Below are positions 9,156-18,253 of a stretch of DNA of 64,000 bases, piece after piece (positions within the stretch are counted from its first letter, which is position 1; the number at the start of each line of letters is the position of its first letter). Location: positions 3,705 through 67,704 of the forward strand of contig CAZZZA010000001.1 in assembly GCA_964658455.1 (NCBI GenBank), in the 5' to 3' direction. The stretch comes from an uncultured Lichenihabitans sp. GTDB taxonomy: Bacteria > Pseudomonadota > Alphaproteobacteria > Acetobacterales > Acetobacteraceae. Below the pieces are notes generated by a model. That model did no database searches and was not told the DNA's origin. It worked only from the letters and a program-made list of their open reading frames with translations. The translations under genes were made by a program, and so were the position numbers.

Positions 9156-9871
9156 GCGAGACCGCCGGCATGGCGGCCGGCTTCACCGTCGCGCAGCCGG
9201 TGGTGCCGGTCCGCGGCCACCCGACGCCGTTCCCGGTGCGTCGGATCTGGTGCGTCGGGCAGAACTACGCCGACCATGCGCGCGAGATGGGCGCCGACCC
9301 GGACCGCGCGCCGCCGTGCTTCTTCTCCAAGCCCGGCGACGCGGTGGTTCCGGGCGGCGGCACGCTGGACTTTCCGTCGCAGACCGCGGAGCTGCATCAC
9401 GAGGTCGAGCTGGTGGCAGCGATCGGCGTCGGCGGCCACGACATCGATCCGGCGCGGGCGCTATCGCATGTGTTCGGCTATGCAGTCGGGCTCGACATGA
9501 CACGGCGCGACCTGCAGGCGGCGGCCAAGCAGGCCGGCCGTCCCTGGTCGTTCGCCAAGGGGTTCGACGAATCCTGCCCGATCGGCGCCATCGTCCCGGC
9601 CGAGGCGATCGGCTATCCCGTTTCCGGCGCCATCACCCTGTCGGTGGCCGGGCAGCTTCGCCAGTCCGGCGACCTGGCCGACATGATCTGGCCGGTCGCC
9701 GATGCGATCGCCTTCCTGTCGCGCTTCGTCGCCCTGGCGCCCGGCGACCTGATCATGACCGGCACCCCGGCCGGGGTCGGCCCGGTGCGCCCCGGCGAGA
9801 CGGTGACCGGCGCCTGCGCCGGGCCGGGCTTCGATCTCGGCGAAATCACCGTCACCTATCGCGAGGGCTGA
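9137..9871 (+). CDS. fumarylacetoacetate hydrolase (FAH) family protein
   Basis: IWCVGQNYADHAREMG...FFSKP...HHEVELVAAIG...GDLIMTGTPAGVG. The start may be the ATG at 9170. Confidence 0.8.
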   Translation: MVDRRLSETAGMAAGFTVAQPVVPVRGHPTPFPVRRIWCVGQNYADHAREMGADPDRAPPCFFSKPGDAVVPGGGTLDFPSQTAELHHEVELVAAIGVGGHDIDPARALSHVFGYAVGLDMTRRDLQAAAKQAGRPWSFAKGFDESCPIGAIVPAEAIGYPVSGAITLSVAGQLRQSGDLADMIWPVADAIAFLSRFVALAPGDLIMTGTPAGVGPVRPGETVTGACAGPGFDLGEITVTYREG

Positions 9872-9875
9872 GCGG

Positions 9876-10622
9876 ATGGGCTTGCATGTCATCACCGGCG
9901 GGTCGCGCGGGCTCGGACGCTCCCTGGTCAGCCGGCTGCTGGAGCAGGGCCATGGCGTGATCGCGGCGGCGCGCGGCGCGGCGCCGACGGCGAGCGACCG
10001 GCTCGACTGGACCAGCGTCGATCTGGCCGACCCGGAGGCGGCGACGCGCTGGATCGAGGACGCCCTGCAGCGCCAGCAGGCCCAGGCCGAGAAGCAAGCG
10101 GGTCCGGTGTGCCTGATCCTCAACGCGGCGATGATCGATCCGCTGGCGCCGGTCCGAGAGCTGCAGGCGGATGCGGTCGACCGCCATCTGCGGCTCAACC
10201 TGACCGTGCCGATGCTGCTCGCCGCCAGGTTCCTGCGGTCCACCGAATCCTGGGGCGTCGAGCGGCGCATCCTGGCGGTCTCGTCCGGCGCCGGACGACG
10301 CGGCATCCCGCACTGGGGCGCCTATTGCGCCGCCAAGGCCGGACTGGACGGGTTCATCCGGGCGCTGAGCGCCGAGTATGACCAGCCGGGCGCGTCGGTG
10401 CGGGCGGTGTCGCTGGCGCCGGGGGTGGTCGATACCGGGATGCAGCAGACGGTGCGCGAGACGCCGGCGCCGGCCCAGTCGCTGTTCGTGGCGCTGCAGG
10501 CGAACGGCGCCCTGGTGCCCGCCGACGAGACCGCCAGCCAGATGCTGGCCTATCTCGCACGCGACGATTTCGGCGCCCATGTCTGCGACGATCTGCGCGA
10601 GGCCCTGGCTCGGCACGACTAG
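9876..10622 (+). CDS. SDR-family oxidoreductase
   Basis: N-terminal ITGGSRGLG Rossmann motif and the catalytic YCAAK motif. Confidence 0.8.
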   Translation: MGLHVITGGSRGLGRSLVSRLLEQGHGVIAAARGAAPTASDRLDWTSVDLADPEAATRWIEDALQRQQAQAEKQAGPVCLILNAAMIDPLAPVRELQADAVDRHLRLNLTVPMLLAARFLRSTESWGVERRILAVSSGAGRRGIPHWGAYCAAKAGLDGFIRALSAEYDQPGASVRAVSLAPGVVDTGMQQTVRETPAPAQSLFVALQANGALVPADETASQMLAYLARDDFGAHVCDDLREALARHD

Positions 10623-10646
10623 ATCAAGGGGCTCATCGCGAATTGA

Positions 10647-10662
10647 ACACCATATGTTGTGT
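10647..10662. promoter_or_regulatory. candidate NrdR box upstream of nrdB
   Basis: ACACCATATGTTGTGT matches 14 of 16 positions of the published NrdR-box consensus acaCwAtATaTwgTgt. It lies 120 nt upstream of the nrdB ATG in a locally AT-rich spacer. I found only one box. Confidence 0.45.
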
Positions 10663-10781
10663 TTTGTTCGAAGAAAGCTGGTCCAGCCGGGCGTGATGGA
10701 CCATACTCCGCGAACCGACTCGGAAGGGCCTGACGGGCCCGCCGAGCCCTGTCCAGATCGACCGACGCGGAGCATCTTTCC

Positions 10782-11825
10782 ATGGATCAGAACGTCCCGG
10801 ACAACCGGCCGGAGCCACGCTTCGACCTGCTGACGTCCAACCCGGTCTACAAGCCGTTCCGCTACCCCTGGGCCTACGAGGCGTGGCACACCCAGCAGCG
10901 CGTGCACTGGCTGCCGGAAGAAGTGCCGCTCGCCGACGACGTCAAGGACTGGCACAAGAACCTGTCGGCGTCGGAACAGAACCTGGTCACGCAGATCTTC
11001 CGCTTCTTCACGCAGTCCGACGTAGAAGTGAACAACTGCTACATGAAGCATTACAGCCAGGTCTTCAAACCGACCGAAGTGCTGATGATGCTCTCGGCGT
11101 TCTCCAACATCGAGACGGTGCATATCGCCGCCTATTCGCATCTGCTCGATACGATCGGCATGCCGGAGCAGGAATACTCGGCCTTCCTCCAGTACAAGGA
11201 GATGAAGGACAAGTACGACTACATGCAGGGCTTCTCGGTCGAGAACAAGCACGAGATCGCCAAGACCCTGGCCGCGTTCGGCGCCTTCACCGAGGGGCTG
11301 CAGCTGTTCGCCTCGTTCGCGATCCTGCTGAACTTCCCGCGCTTCAACAAGCTCAAGGGCATGGGCCAGATCGTGACCTGGTCGGTGCGCGACGAGACGC
11401 TGCACTGCCTGTCGGTGATCCGCCTGTTCCGGACCTTCATCCAGGAGAACCCGGAGATCTGGACCGACCGGTTGCGCTCGGAGCTGACCGAGGTGTGCTC
11501 GACGATCGTGCATCACGAGGACGCGTTCATCGACCTGGCCTTCGAACTCGGTCCAGTGGAAGGGCTCGATGCGGCGCAGGTCAAGCGCTACATCCGGTTC
11601 ATCGCCGATCGCCGCCTGCTGCAGCTCGGGCTGGAGCCGCTCTACAACGTCGAGAGCAACCCGCTGCCCTGGCTCGACGATCTGCTCAACGCCGTCGAGC
11701 ACGCGAACTTCTTCGAGAACCGCTCCACCGAGTACAGCCGCGCCTCCACCAGCGGCACCTGGGAGGAGGCGTTCAGCTCCTCGATCGGCAGCGACTGGCA
11801 CGCGGAGACCGCGGTCCCCGCCTGA
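10782..11825 (+). CDS. nrdB: ribonucleotide-diphosphate reductase beta subunit (class I R2)
   Basis: 347 aa. FRYPWAYEAWHTQQRVHWLPEEV...FFTQSDVEV...EGLQLFASFA...VRDETLH are the di-iron R2 motifs. Confidence 0.9.
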   Translation: MDQNVPDNRPEPRFDLLTSNPVYKPFRYPWAYEAWHTQQRVHWLPEEVPLADDVKDWHKNLSASEQNLVTQIFRFFTQSDVEVNNCYMKHYSQVFKPTEVLMMLSAFSNIETVHIAAYSHLLDTIGMPEQEYSAFLQYKEMKDKYDYMQGFSVENKHEIAKTLAAFGAFTEGLQLFASFAILLNFPRFNKLKGMGQIVTWSVRDETLHCLSVIRLFRTFIQENPEIWTDRLRSELTEVCSTIVHHEDAFIDLAFELGPVEGLDAAQVKRYIRFIADRRLLQLGLEPLYNVESNPLPWLDDLLNAVEHANFFENRSTEYSRASTSGTWEEAFSSSIGSDWHAETAVPA

Positions 11826-11932
11826 CCGCGCAACCGCGCGGCGTGGCCGCCGTTGATCCTCCTGCCCGGCGTCATGCCCCCGGTCTGCATCCGTGGGGCG
11901 CCTGACGCCAGTCCAGCAGGAGGAAACCGGCC

Positions 11933-12301
11933 ATGGACCGTCCGCTCGAGATCGCGTTCCACAATCTCCAACATTCGGACTCGGTCGCCGCCGAGATCAC
12001 CGCGCAGATGGAGCGGCTGGAAGCGCGGTTCGGCCCGCTGGTCGGCGCCCGGGTCTCCGTCGAGCAGCTGCACCAGCAGCACCGCACCGGCAATCTCTAT
12101 GAGGTGCATATCGTCCTGTCGGTGCCCGGCCAGGAGATCGTGGTTTCGCACGAGCCGCACCATGCCCGCGAGCGGCGCGCCCATCCCGATGTGCGCAGCG
12201 CCGTGAAGGAGGCGTTCAAGGCCGCGGAACGCCGGCTGGAGACGCGAAAGGGCCATCTGCGCGATCACGAACCGAAGAACGCGTCCGTTTTTACGACATA
12301 G
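11933..12301 (+). CDS. HPF/RaiA-family ribosome-associated protein (short form)
   Basis: 122 aa. MDRPLEIAFHNLQHSDSVAAEI...LYEVHIVLSVPG...DVRSAVKEAFKAAERRL fits the sigma-54 modulation/ribosome hibernation fold pattern. Confidence 0.6.
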   Translation: MDRPLEIAFHNLQHSDSVAAEITAQMERLEARFGPLVGARVSVEQLHQQHRTGNLYEVHIVLSVPGQEIVVSHEPHHARERRAHPDVRSAVKEAFKAAERRLETRKGHLRDHEPKNASVFTT

Positions 12302-12387
12302 TCCGTTTCGTTAACGAAAAATTATCGATATATGCCTAGGCAGGATGGTATGGGCGGCCCGCTTCAACCCCGCCCGACAGCCGGAGC

Positions 12388-12726
12388 ATGACGACATTGC
12401 AGCAGGACCGTCTGTTCAATCTGCCCGAGCGTCCTGCCGACGACCGCGCGGCGGCGATCGTGCAGGGCATGGTGGTCGAGACGGCCAGTCTGCACAGCCT
12501 GGAACCCGCCCGGCAGAGCCGTCGCCTGCCGGACCGGCTGCTGGTCGCGATCCACCAGGCCTGCGACCTGGGCGCGCTCGACATCGCCGCCGCCCTGCTC
12601 GAGGTGATGAACGACGTGGTGCGCGAACTGGGCCCGGGCTCGCCCTCCGCCGGACGCCGGGCGGTCGAGGGCATGGTGGCGGCGCATCACCGGCTCTGGC
12701 ATCTGCGCCGCGGCAAGGCGGTCTGA
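12388..12726 (+). CDS. hypothetical small protein
   Basis: 112 aa. This frame has strongly GC-biased third codon positions, unlike the two overlapping minus-strand ORFs. No family recognised. Confidence 0.45.
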   Translation: MTTLQQDRLFNLPERPADDRAAAIVQGMVVETASLHSLEPARQSRRLPDRLLVAIHQACDLGALDIAAALLEVMNDVVRELGPGSPSAGRRAVEGMVAAHHRLWHLRRGKAV

Positions 12727-12763
12727 TCACTCCGCTGTCGCGGGCGGGCCGCCGCCTGCTCTC

Positions 12764-13549
12764 CTAGCCGCCCAGCACCAGCGCCGCGCCGTCCTGCAGC
12801 ACCGCCTGCGCGGCGGCGGTGAAACGGCCGTCCTGCTCGTGCAGGATCAGCCCAGGCAGCACGACCGAATCGCCACGGCCGCCGAGCCGGGCCTGCAGCA
12901 GCAGCAGACGCGCCGCCCGGCCGGCTTTCGGCCAGAACGGCATCAGCCGCACGCTGCCGAACCCCTGTTCCAGCAGCGCCGCGCTGCCCTGGGCGTGCAG
13001 GGCCGCCGGCAGCGCCAGCGTCACCGTGCCCTCGGCCCGCAGGCAGCGCGCGAACGCGGCCAGCCAGTCGTAAAGCACCGTGTCCGTGCCGCGCCGGGCC
13101 AGGTCGCGCCTGGGCTCGGGCGAGCGGCTGGCGGTGCGGCGATGCCAGGGCGGATTGGCGAACCCGTGGTCGAACCGCGTCGCCTGGGTGGTCGCCGCGA
13201 AGATCTCGATCCGCTCCGCGCGCACCGGCCAGTCCAGCCGGTTGGCGGCCAGGTTGTGGCGCGCCAGCGCCGCCATGTCCGGATCCTGCTCCACCCCGGT
13301 CGCCTGCAGCCCGGAGACGCGCTGCCCGAGGCAGAGCAGGCCGGCGCCGGCGCCGCAGCCGGCCTCGATCACCCGGTCGCCCGGGCCGGCCGGAACCGCG
13401 GCGGCCATCAGCACCGGTTCGAGCCCGGTGCGGTGGAAATCGCGATACTGACGGTAGGCGACGCGGCCGCCGAGCAGGCTGCCATCGGTGGTCGGGTGGC
13501 CGCCGGGCGCGGCTGCCGCATCCTTGACCCACCGCATCGCGCCGCTCAT
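12764..13549 (-). CDS. class I SAM-dependent methyltransferase (NPPW motif; tRNA1(Val) m6A37 methyltransferase-like)
   Basis: Last 261 codons of ORF 12764..15487, starting at MSGAMRW. It has a SAM-binding VIEAGCGAGAG motif and FANPPWH. The upstream 646 codons of that ORF are antisense to ispB and the GT61 gene. Confidence 0.75.
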   Translation of the reverse strand: MSGAMRWVKDAAAAPGGHPTTDGSLLGGRVAYRQYRDFHRTGLEPVLMAAAVPAGPGDRVIEAGCGAGAGLLCLGQRVSGLQATGVEQDPDMAALARHNLAANRLDWPVRAERIEIFAATTQATRFDHGFANPPWHRRTASRSPEPRRDLARRGTDTVLYDWLAAFARCLRAEGTVTLALPAALHAQGSAALLEQGFGSVRLMPFWPKAGRAARLLLLQARLGGRGDSVVLPGLILHEQDGRFTAAAQAVLQDGAALVLGG

Positions 13550-13585
13550 ATCTGCCTCGCCGTTCCTGGACCGTGGAGCATTCGC

Positions 13586-14647
13586 TTGGGCCTTGCCGTC
13601 AGTCTCGACGCGAACCTGCCGGAAAAGCCCGAAACGACAAAACGTGCCGGCGGCGAGGCGGCGTTGCGGGCGCTGTCGGACCTGCTCGCCGACGACATGC
13701 AGGCCTGCAACCGGTCGATCGTCGCCAGGATGGACAGTCCGGTGGCGCTGATCCCGCAGCTGGCGGCGCATCTGGTGGCGGCCGGCGGCAAGCGCCTGCG
13801 CCCGCTGCTGACGCTGGCGGCGGCGCGGATGTGCGGCTACGCGCCGCAGCCGGGCGAGACGCCGCGCCACGTCAATCTGGCCGCCTGCGTCGAGTTCATC
13901 CATACCGCGACGCTGCTGCACGACGACGTGGTCGACGAGAGCGCGCTGCGCCGCGGCCTGGCCAGCGCCAACGCGGTGTTCGGCAACAAGGCCTCGGTGC
14001 TGGTCGGCGACTTCCTGTTCGCCCGCTCGTTCCAGCTGATGACCGAGGACGGCTCGCTCGAGGTGATGGCGATCCTGTCGAAGGCGGCCGCCACCATCGC
14101 CGAGGGCGAGGTGCTGCAGATGGCGACGCAGAACGATCTGTCGACCTCGATGGAGAAGTATCTGGAGGTGATCCACGGCAAGACCGCGGCCCTGTTCGCC
14201 GCCGCCTGCCGGGTCGGCGCGGTGGTGGCCGGGCGCGCCGCGCACGAGGCGGACGCGCTCGACACCTATGGCACCAACCTCGGCATGGCGTTCCAGCTGG
14301 TCGACGACTCGCTCGACTACGCGGCCGACCAGCGCCTGCTCGGCAAGACCGTCGGCGACGATTTCCGCGAGGGCAAGATCACGCTGCCGGTGCTCGCCGC
14401 CTACCATGCCGGGTCGGACGAGGACCGCGGCTTCTGGCGGCGGGTGATCGAGGACAGCGCCCAGGAGCCGGAGGATCTCGACCACGCTCTGGCGCTGATC
14501 GCCAGGACCGGCGCGATCAAGACGACGCTGAATCATGCCGCTGCCTATGCCGACCGGGCCTGCGCGGCGCTCTCGGTTTTCCCCGAGAGCGAGGTGCGGC
14601 ACCTGCTGTCGGAAGTGGCCGCCTACACCGTCAGCCGGGGCTGCTGA
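13586..14647 (+). CDS. ispB: polyprenyl (octaprenyl-type) diphosphate synthase
   Basis: GGKRLRPLL, LLHDDVVDES and GKTVGDDFREGK motifs. The proposed TTG start at 13586 has a GGAG 7 nt upstream. The first ATG is at 13697, so the start is uncertain. Confidence 0.85.
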   Translation: MGLAVSLDANLPEKPETTKRAGGEAALRALSDLLADDMQACNRSIVARMDSPVALIPQLAAHLVAAGGKRLRPLLTLAAARMCGYAPQPGETPRHVNLAACVEFIHTATLLHDDVVDESALRRGLASANAVFGNKASVLVGDFLFARSFQLMTEDGSLEVMAILSKAAATIAEGEVLQMATQNDLSTSMEKYLEVIHGKTAALFAAACRVGAVVAGRAAHEADALDTYGTNLGMAFQLVDDSLDYAADQRLLGKTVGDDFREGKITLPVLAAYHAGSDEDRGFWRRVIEDSAQEPEDLDHALALIARTGAIKTTLNHAAAYADRACAALSVFPESEVRHLLSEVAAYTVSRGC

Positions 14648-14661
14648 GACCGGTCCGCCGG

Positions 14662-16224
14662 TCAGAAGGCCGGCGGCATGCCCGCCGTCAGCGCGAGGCC
14701 GAACAGTTCGACCTGGTCGAGATGCAGGAAGGTCGAACCGTCGAGGGTGATGCGGACGAACCTGGCCTCGAACGGGATGTCGCGCCACCAGCGCCAGGGG
14801 CGCGGCGCCGCGCCGCCGCCGAAATCCTCCGCCGCGTCGCGCCGCGCCAGTATGGTCCAGGCGGCGCCGTCGGGCGAGCAGGACAACACCAGGTGGCGCT
14901 CCCGTTCCAGCGCCACGTCGTTGCGGTTGAAAACCCGGATCTCGTTGATCAGGCAGCTCTGGCCGAGATCGACCTGCCACCAGGGGGTGATCTCCGGCGC
15001 CGAGTGGATCTGGTAGCAGCCGGTCAGCCGGCCGCTCACCGCGCCCGCGGCCTCCTGCGCGGTGCTGGCGGCGGCGGCCCAGGCCGGATCGACCGAACTC
15101 ATCTCCGCCGACCGGCCGCGCGACAGGTTGCCGCCGAACGGCTCGTCCAGGAACAAATGCGGCGACACCGTCTCGCGCATGTCGCGCATCTGCATGCGCT
15201 CGGCCGCACCGGCGAGATACGACAGCGCCGCCAGCGTCGAGGCCGAGGCGGCGATCGGATCGGCCAGCCGGGTGGCGGACGCGAAGCCCGCGACCGGGCC
15301 GCTCTCGACCAGCGCGCCGCCGGCATTGAGATAGAGCGCCTGGTGGCCGCAGATCGCGTCGATCAGCACCTGGTTCGAGGGCGCCAGCGCGCCGGGGCTC
15401 AGCGTCAGCAGCTTCCTGTCGCGCACGAACAGCGCCCCGTGCAGCGCCGAGCCCTCGAACCCGGCGACGATCGCATGGCGCCGCCACAGCGCGATCTGTT
15501 CGGCGAGGCTCAGGGTTTCCGGGCTGACCACCACCACGCCGGCATCGGCCAGCCGGTCGGCCAGCGCGGCCTCGTTCTCGATGGTCCTGACCCCCGAGGT
15601 CAGGGCGCGCTTGCTCAGGAACAGCGGCTGGCCGGACCGCTCGCCAGGGTCCGGGCCGGCGATCCGCTCCGCCAGCCGCAGGCAGAACGACGCCATCTGC
15701 GGATGCGCGGCGCTGTTCTCGACGAACAGTGCCTCCGGCACCGCGATGCGGGGGATGATGTCGTGCTCGGCCACCTCGACGAACCGGCTCTCGTCGAGCC
15801 CCAGCGCGTCCAGCACGCAGGCCACGAACGGCAGGCGCAGCTTGCGCGACAGGTCCCCAGGGCCGACCGCGACGATGCGCGGCGTGCCAGGGTGATCCGG
15901 CACCGACCAGAGCCGCGACAGGGTGCTGATCAGGAAATGGCCGAAATGCTCGTGCAGATGGCCGATCCAGATGTAGTCGTCATCGGGGAGCCGGCGTCCG
16001 GCCCGGATGTTGCGGTCGGTGGTGGTCTCGGCGCCGATCGTGGTCAGGCCGCGCCGGCCGCTCTGGATGCCCTCGCGGGTGAAGGCGGAATCCGTGACCA
16101 GCAGCCGCCTGGTGTCGTAGAGCGCCCAGCCGATCACCATCGCGTCGTGGGCGATCCCGGTGCGCGGCGGCGAGCGGGCGATCTCGAAGCCGCCGAAGCT
16201 CGCACGGGCGCGGGTGAACGCCAT
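14662..16224 (-). CDS. GT61/DUF563-type glycosyltransferase fused to a C-terminal F5/8 type C (discoidin) domain
   Basis: 520 aa. GHLHEHFGHFLISTLSRLW and LFLSKR...R.I.NE....PE.LSLAEQI....A..I.G.EGSAL fit the DUF563 pattern. The C-terminal ITPWWQVDLGQSCLINEIRVFNRND fits discoidin. Its ATG overlaps the murI stop (ATGA). Confidence 0.65.
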   Translation of the reverse strand: MAFTRARASFGGFEIARSPPRTGIAHDAMVIGWALYDTRRLLVTDSAFTREGIQSGRRGLTTIGAETTTDRNIRAGRRLPDDDYIWIGHLHEHFGHFLISTLSRLWSVPDHPGTPRIVAVGPGDLSRKLRLPFVACVLDALGLDESRFVEVAEHDIIPRIAVPEALFVENSAAHPQMASFCLRLAERIAGPDPGERSGQPLFLSKRALTSGVRTIENEAALADRLADAGVVVVSPETLSLAEQIALWRRHAIVAGFEGSALHGALFVRDRKLLTLSPGALAPSNQVLIDAICGHQALYLNAGGALVESGPVAGFASATRLADPIAASASTLAALSYLAGAAERMQMRDMRETVSPHLFLDEPFGGNLSRGRSAEMSSVDPAWAAAASTAQEAAGAVSGRLTGCYQIHSAPEITPWWQVDLGQSCLINEIRVFNRNDVALERERHLVLSCSPDGAAWTILARRDAAEDFGGGAAPRPWRWWRDIPFEARFVRITLDGSTFLHLDQVELFGLALTAGMPPAF

Positions 16225-17060
16225 CAGCCCGCTCGCGTGTCACAGAGCCCGGCCACCATCTCGAACCGGGTCAGCCCGTCGAAGCCGTAGGCGCCCAGGT
16301 TCTGGACCAGCCGCGCCTCGTCGGCGGGACGGGCGGTGAACCAGGCGCGGCCGGGATCACGGCGCGCGGCCGGCGTGTGCCCCGGCTGGCGCTCCAGGAC
16401 CGCCAGGGTCTGCCGGGCCACCGCCGCCGCCGGGTCGAGCCAGGCGATGCCGGGCCGGGAGAGTGCCGCCAGCCTGTCGCGCAGGATGCTGTAGTGGGTG
16501 CAGCCGATGCCGACCGCGTCGATCATGGCGCCGCCTGGCTGGCCGAACAGCCCGTCCAGTTCGCGCACCACCGCCTTCTCGTCGATCGGGCGGCCGCGGA
16601 ACGCGGTCTCGGCGATGTCGGCCAGGCCGCGCGCGCCATGCGCGATCAGCGTGCAGTCGGGCGCGAACCTGGCCTGCAGGTCGCGCAGATAGGGCCGGCG
16701 CACCGTGGCGGAGGTGGCCAGCAGGCCGATCGTGCGGGTGGCGCTGAGGCTGGCCGCCCACTTGATCGGCGGCACGCAGCCGACGAACGGCGTCGCGAAC
16801 CGGGCTCGCATCGCCTGCAGCGCCACGGTGCTGGCGGTGTTGCAGGCGATCACCACCAGCTCCGGCGCAAGCCTGGCGATCGCGTGCTCCAGGAGCGCGC
16901 CGAGCCGCTCCACCAGGGCCGCCTCGCTCAGCTCGCCGTACGGATAGACCGCGTTGTCGGCGAGGTAGTCGATCACGAGCCCGGGCGCGGCCTGGCGCAG
17001 GGCCGCGACCACCGAGAGGCCGCCGATCCCGGAATCGACGGCCAGGACGCGACGGTTCAC
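16224..17060 (-). CDS. murI: glutamate racemase
   Basis: VLAVDSGIGGLSV...ACNTAS...GCTHY motifs. The GTG start at 17060 overlaps the pyrE stop. The longer ORF reaching 17252 would overlap pyrE. Confidence 0.85.
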   Translation of the reverse strand: MNRRVLAVDSGIGGLSVVAALRQAAPGLVIDYLADNAVYPYGELSEAALVERLGALLEHAIARLAPELVVIACNTASTVALQAMRARFATPFVGCVPPIKWAASLSATRTIGLLATSATVRRPYLRDLQARFAPDCTLIAHGARGLADIAETAFRGRPIDEKAVVRELDGLFGQPGGAMIDAVGIGCTHYSILRDRLAALSRPGIAWLDPAAAVARQTLAVLERQPGHTPAARRDPGRAWFTARPADEARLVQNLGAYGFDGLTRFEMVAGLCDTRAG

Positions 17061-17851
17061 GACGGCTTGGGCGGAGCCTGCCTGCCTGGCGCCGCGGTCT
17101 GGCCGGTCTTGGCGGCTAGCGCCTCCTCGGCGCTGGCGACCCCGCCATGCTTCGCCGACCAGGCGCAGGGGTCCTCGAGGAAGCGGCGCACCTCGGCGGC
17201 GGCGGATTCGGAGAAGTAGGGCCGCTCGGCGCAGGCCTCGAGCACGTCCCACCAGGTGCAGAGCGCGTGCAGCGACACGCCCATGTCCGACAGGGTGCGG
17301 TGCGCGCCGGGGAACACGCCGTAGAAGAACACCACGAAGGTGTGATCGACCAGCGCGCCGGCGTCGCGCAGCGACTTGGCGAACACGATCTTGGAGGCGC
17401 CGTCGGTGGTCAGGTCCTCGACCAGCAGGGTGCGCTTGCCCTCCGGCACGTCGCCCTCGATCAGCGCGTTGCGGCCGAACCCTTTCGGCTTCTTGCGCAC
17501 ATAGGCCATCGGCGCCGCCATGCGGTCGGCGATCCAGGCCGCGAACGGGATGCCGGCGGTCTCGCCGCCGGCGATCACGTCGATGCTCTCGTAGCCGATG
17601 TGGCGGCCGATCTTCTCGACCGCCAGGTCGATGATCTTGGCCCGCGCGCGCGGGAAGAAGATGATCCGGCGGCAGTCGATATAGACCGGCGACTTCCAGC
17701 CGGAGGTGAGGGTGTAGGGCTCCTCGGGCCGGAAATTGACCGCCTTGATCTCGAGCAGCAGCCGCGCCGTGGTCAGGGCCGCGTCGCGGTCCCAGTCGGT
17801 CGGCGCGTGGCGGACCCGCGTTTCTGCGCTCATGGACCTCAGTTCCTCCAT
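17057..17851 (-). CDS. pyrE: orotate phosphoribosyltransferase
   Basis: C-terminal part of ORF 17057..20530: FTLTSGWKSPVYIDCR...LLVEDLTTDGASK (PRPP-binding motif). The alternative start is the ATG at 17833. Confidence 0.85.
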   Translation of the reverse strand: MEELRSMSAETRVRHAPTDWDRDAALTTARLLLEIKAVNFRPEEPYTLTSGWKSPVYIDCRRIIFFPRARAKIIDLAVEKIGRHIGYESIDVIAGGETAGIPFAAWIADRMAAPMAYVRKKPKGFGRNALIEGDVPEGKRTLLVEDLTTDGASKIVFAKSLRDAGALVDHTFVVFFYGVFPGAHRTLSDMGVSLHALCTWWDVLEACAERPYFSESAAAEVRRFLEDPCAWSAKHGGVASAEEALAAKTGQTAAPGRQAPPKPS

Positions 17852-18013
17852 CCGACCTACCCTCCCACCACTATCCAAGCTGCCACGGAAAATCCATGGC
17901 CGGCGCACCGGCGGACAGAAACCTTGAACCGGAGCGGCCCGCGCGTGCATAAGAGAGGGGATACGGGTTGCGAACGACTTGCAACGCGCCGCACGCGCAT
18001 AAGGAATGCCGCC

Positions 18014-18253
18014 TTGAGCGAGAAGTCGCCTGCCATCACACGCAACTGCGAGCGGGCCGTGGTCACCGCCTATCGCGAGCTGCGGGCCTGCGGGACCCTC
18101 GACATGCAGGCGTTTCATGCCTGCACGACGCTGTATCGAATCCACCATCCCGAAGCCTCGATCAGCGAGGCGCGCTGCCTGGTGTCGGAATGGATCGACC
18201 ATCATGTGGTGCGCCAGGCCGAGGGCGAGACGCCGGGCTGCGACTGCGACTGA
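18014..18253 (+). CDS. hypothetical small Cys/His-rich protein
   Basis: TTG start with AAGGA 8 nt upstream. Translation: SEKSPAITRNCERAVVTAYRELRACGTLDMQAFHACTTLYRIHHPEASISEARCLVSEWIDHHVV...CDCD. It is the tail of the otherwise spurious ORF 17147..18253 and has coding-like third positions. Confidence 0.35.
   Translation: MSEKSPAITRNCERAVVTAYRELRACGTLDMQAFHACTTLYRIHHPEASISEARCLVSEWIDHHVVRQAEGETPGCDCD

Noticed and set aside
10623-10781. Cobalamin riboswitch in the nrdB leader
   Set aside because: The leader is only about 160 nt, and I could not find a B12-box-like element. An NrdR-type box explains the AT-rich palindrome better.
9852-11801. 649-aa minus-strand ORF
   Set aside because: It is antisense to the SDR gene and nrdB, both of which have strong family motifs.
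13573-16290. 905-aa plus-strand ORF, and the N-terminal 646 codons of minus-strand ORF 12764..15487
   Set aside because: Both are high-GC artefacts overlapping ispB and the GT61 gene. Only the last 261 codons of 12764..15487 (the methyltransferase) look real.
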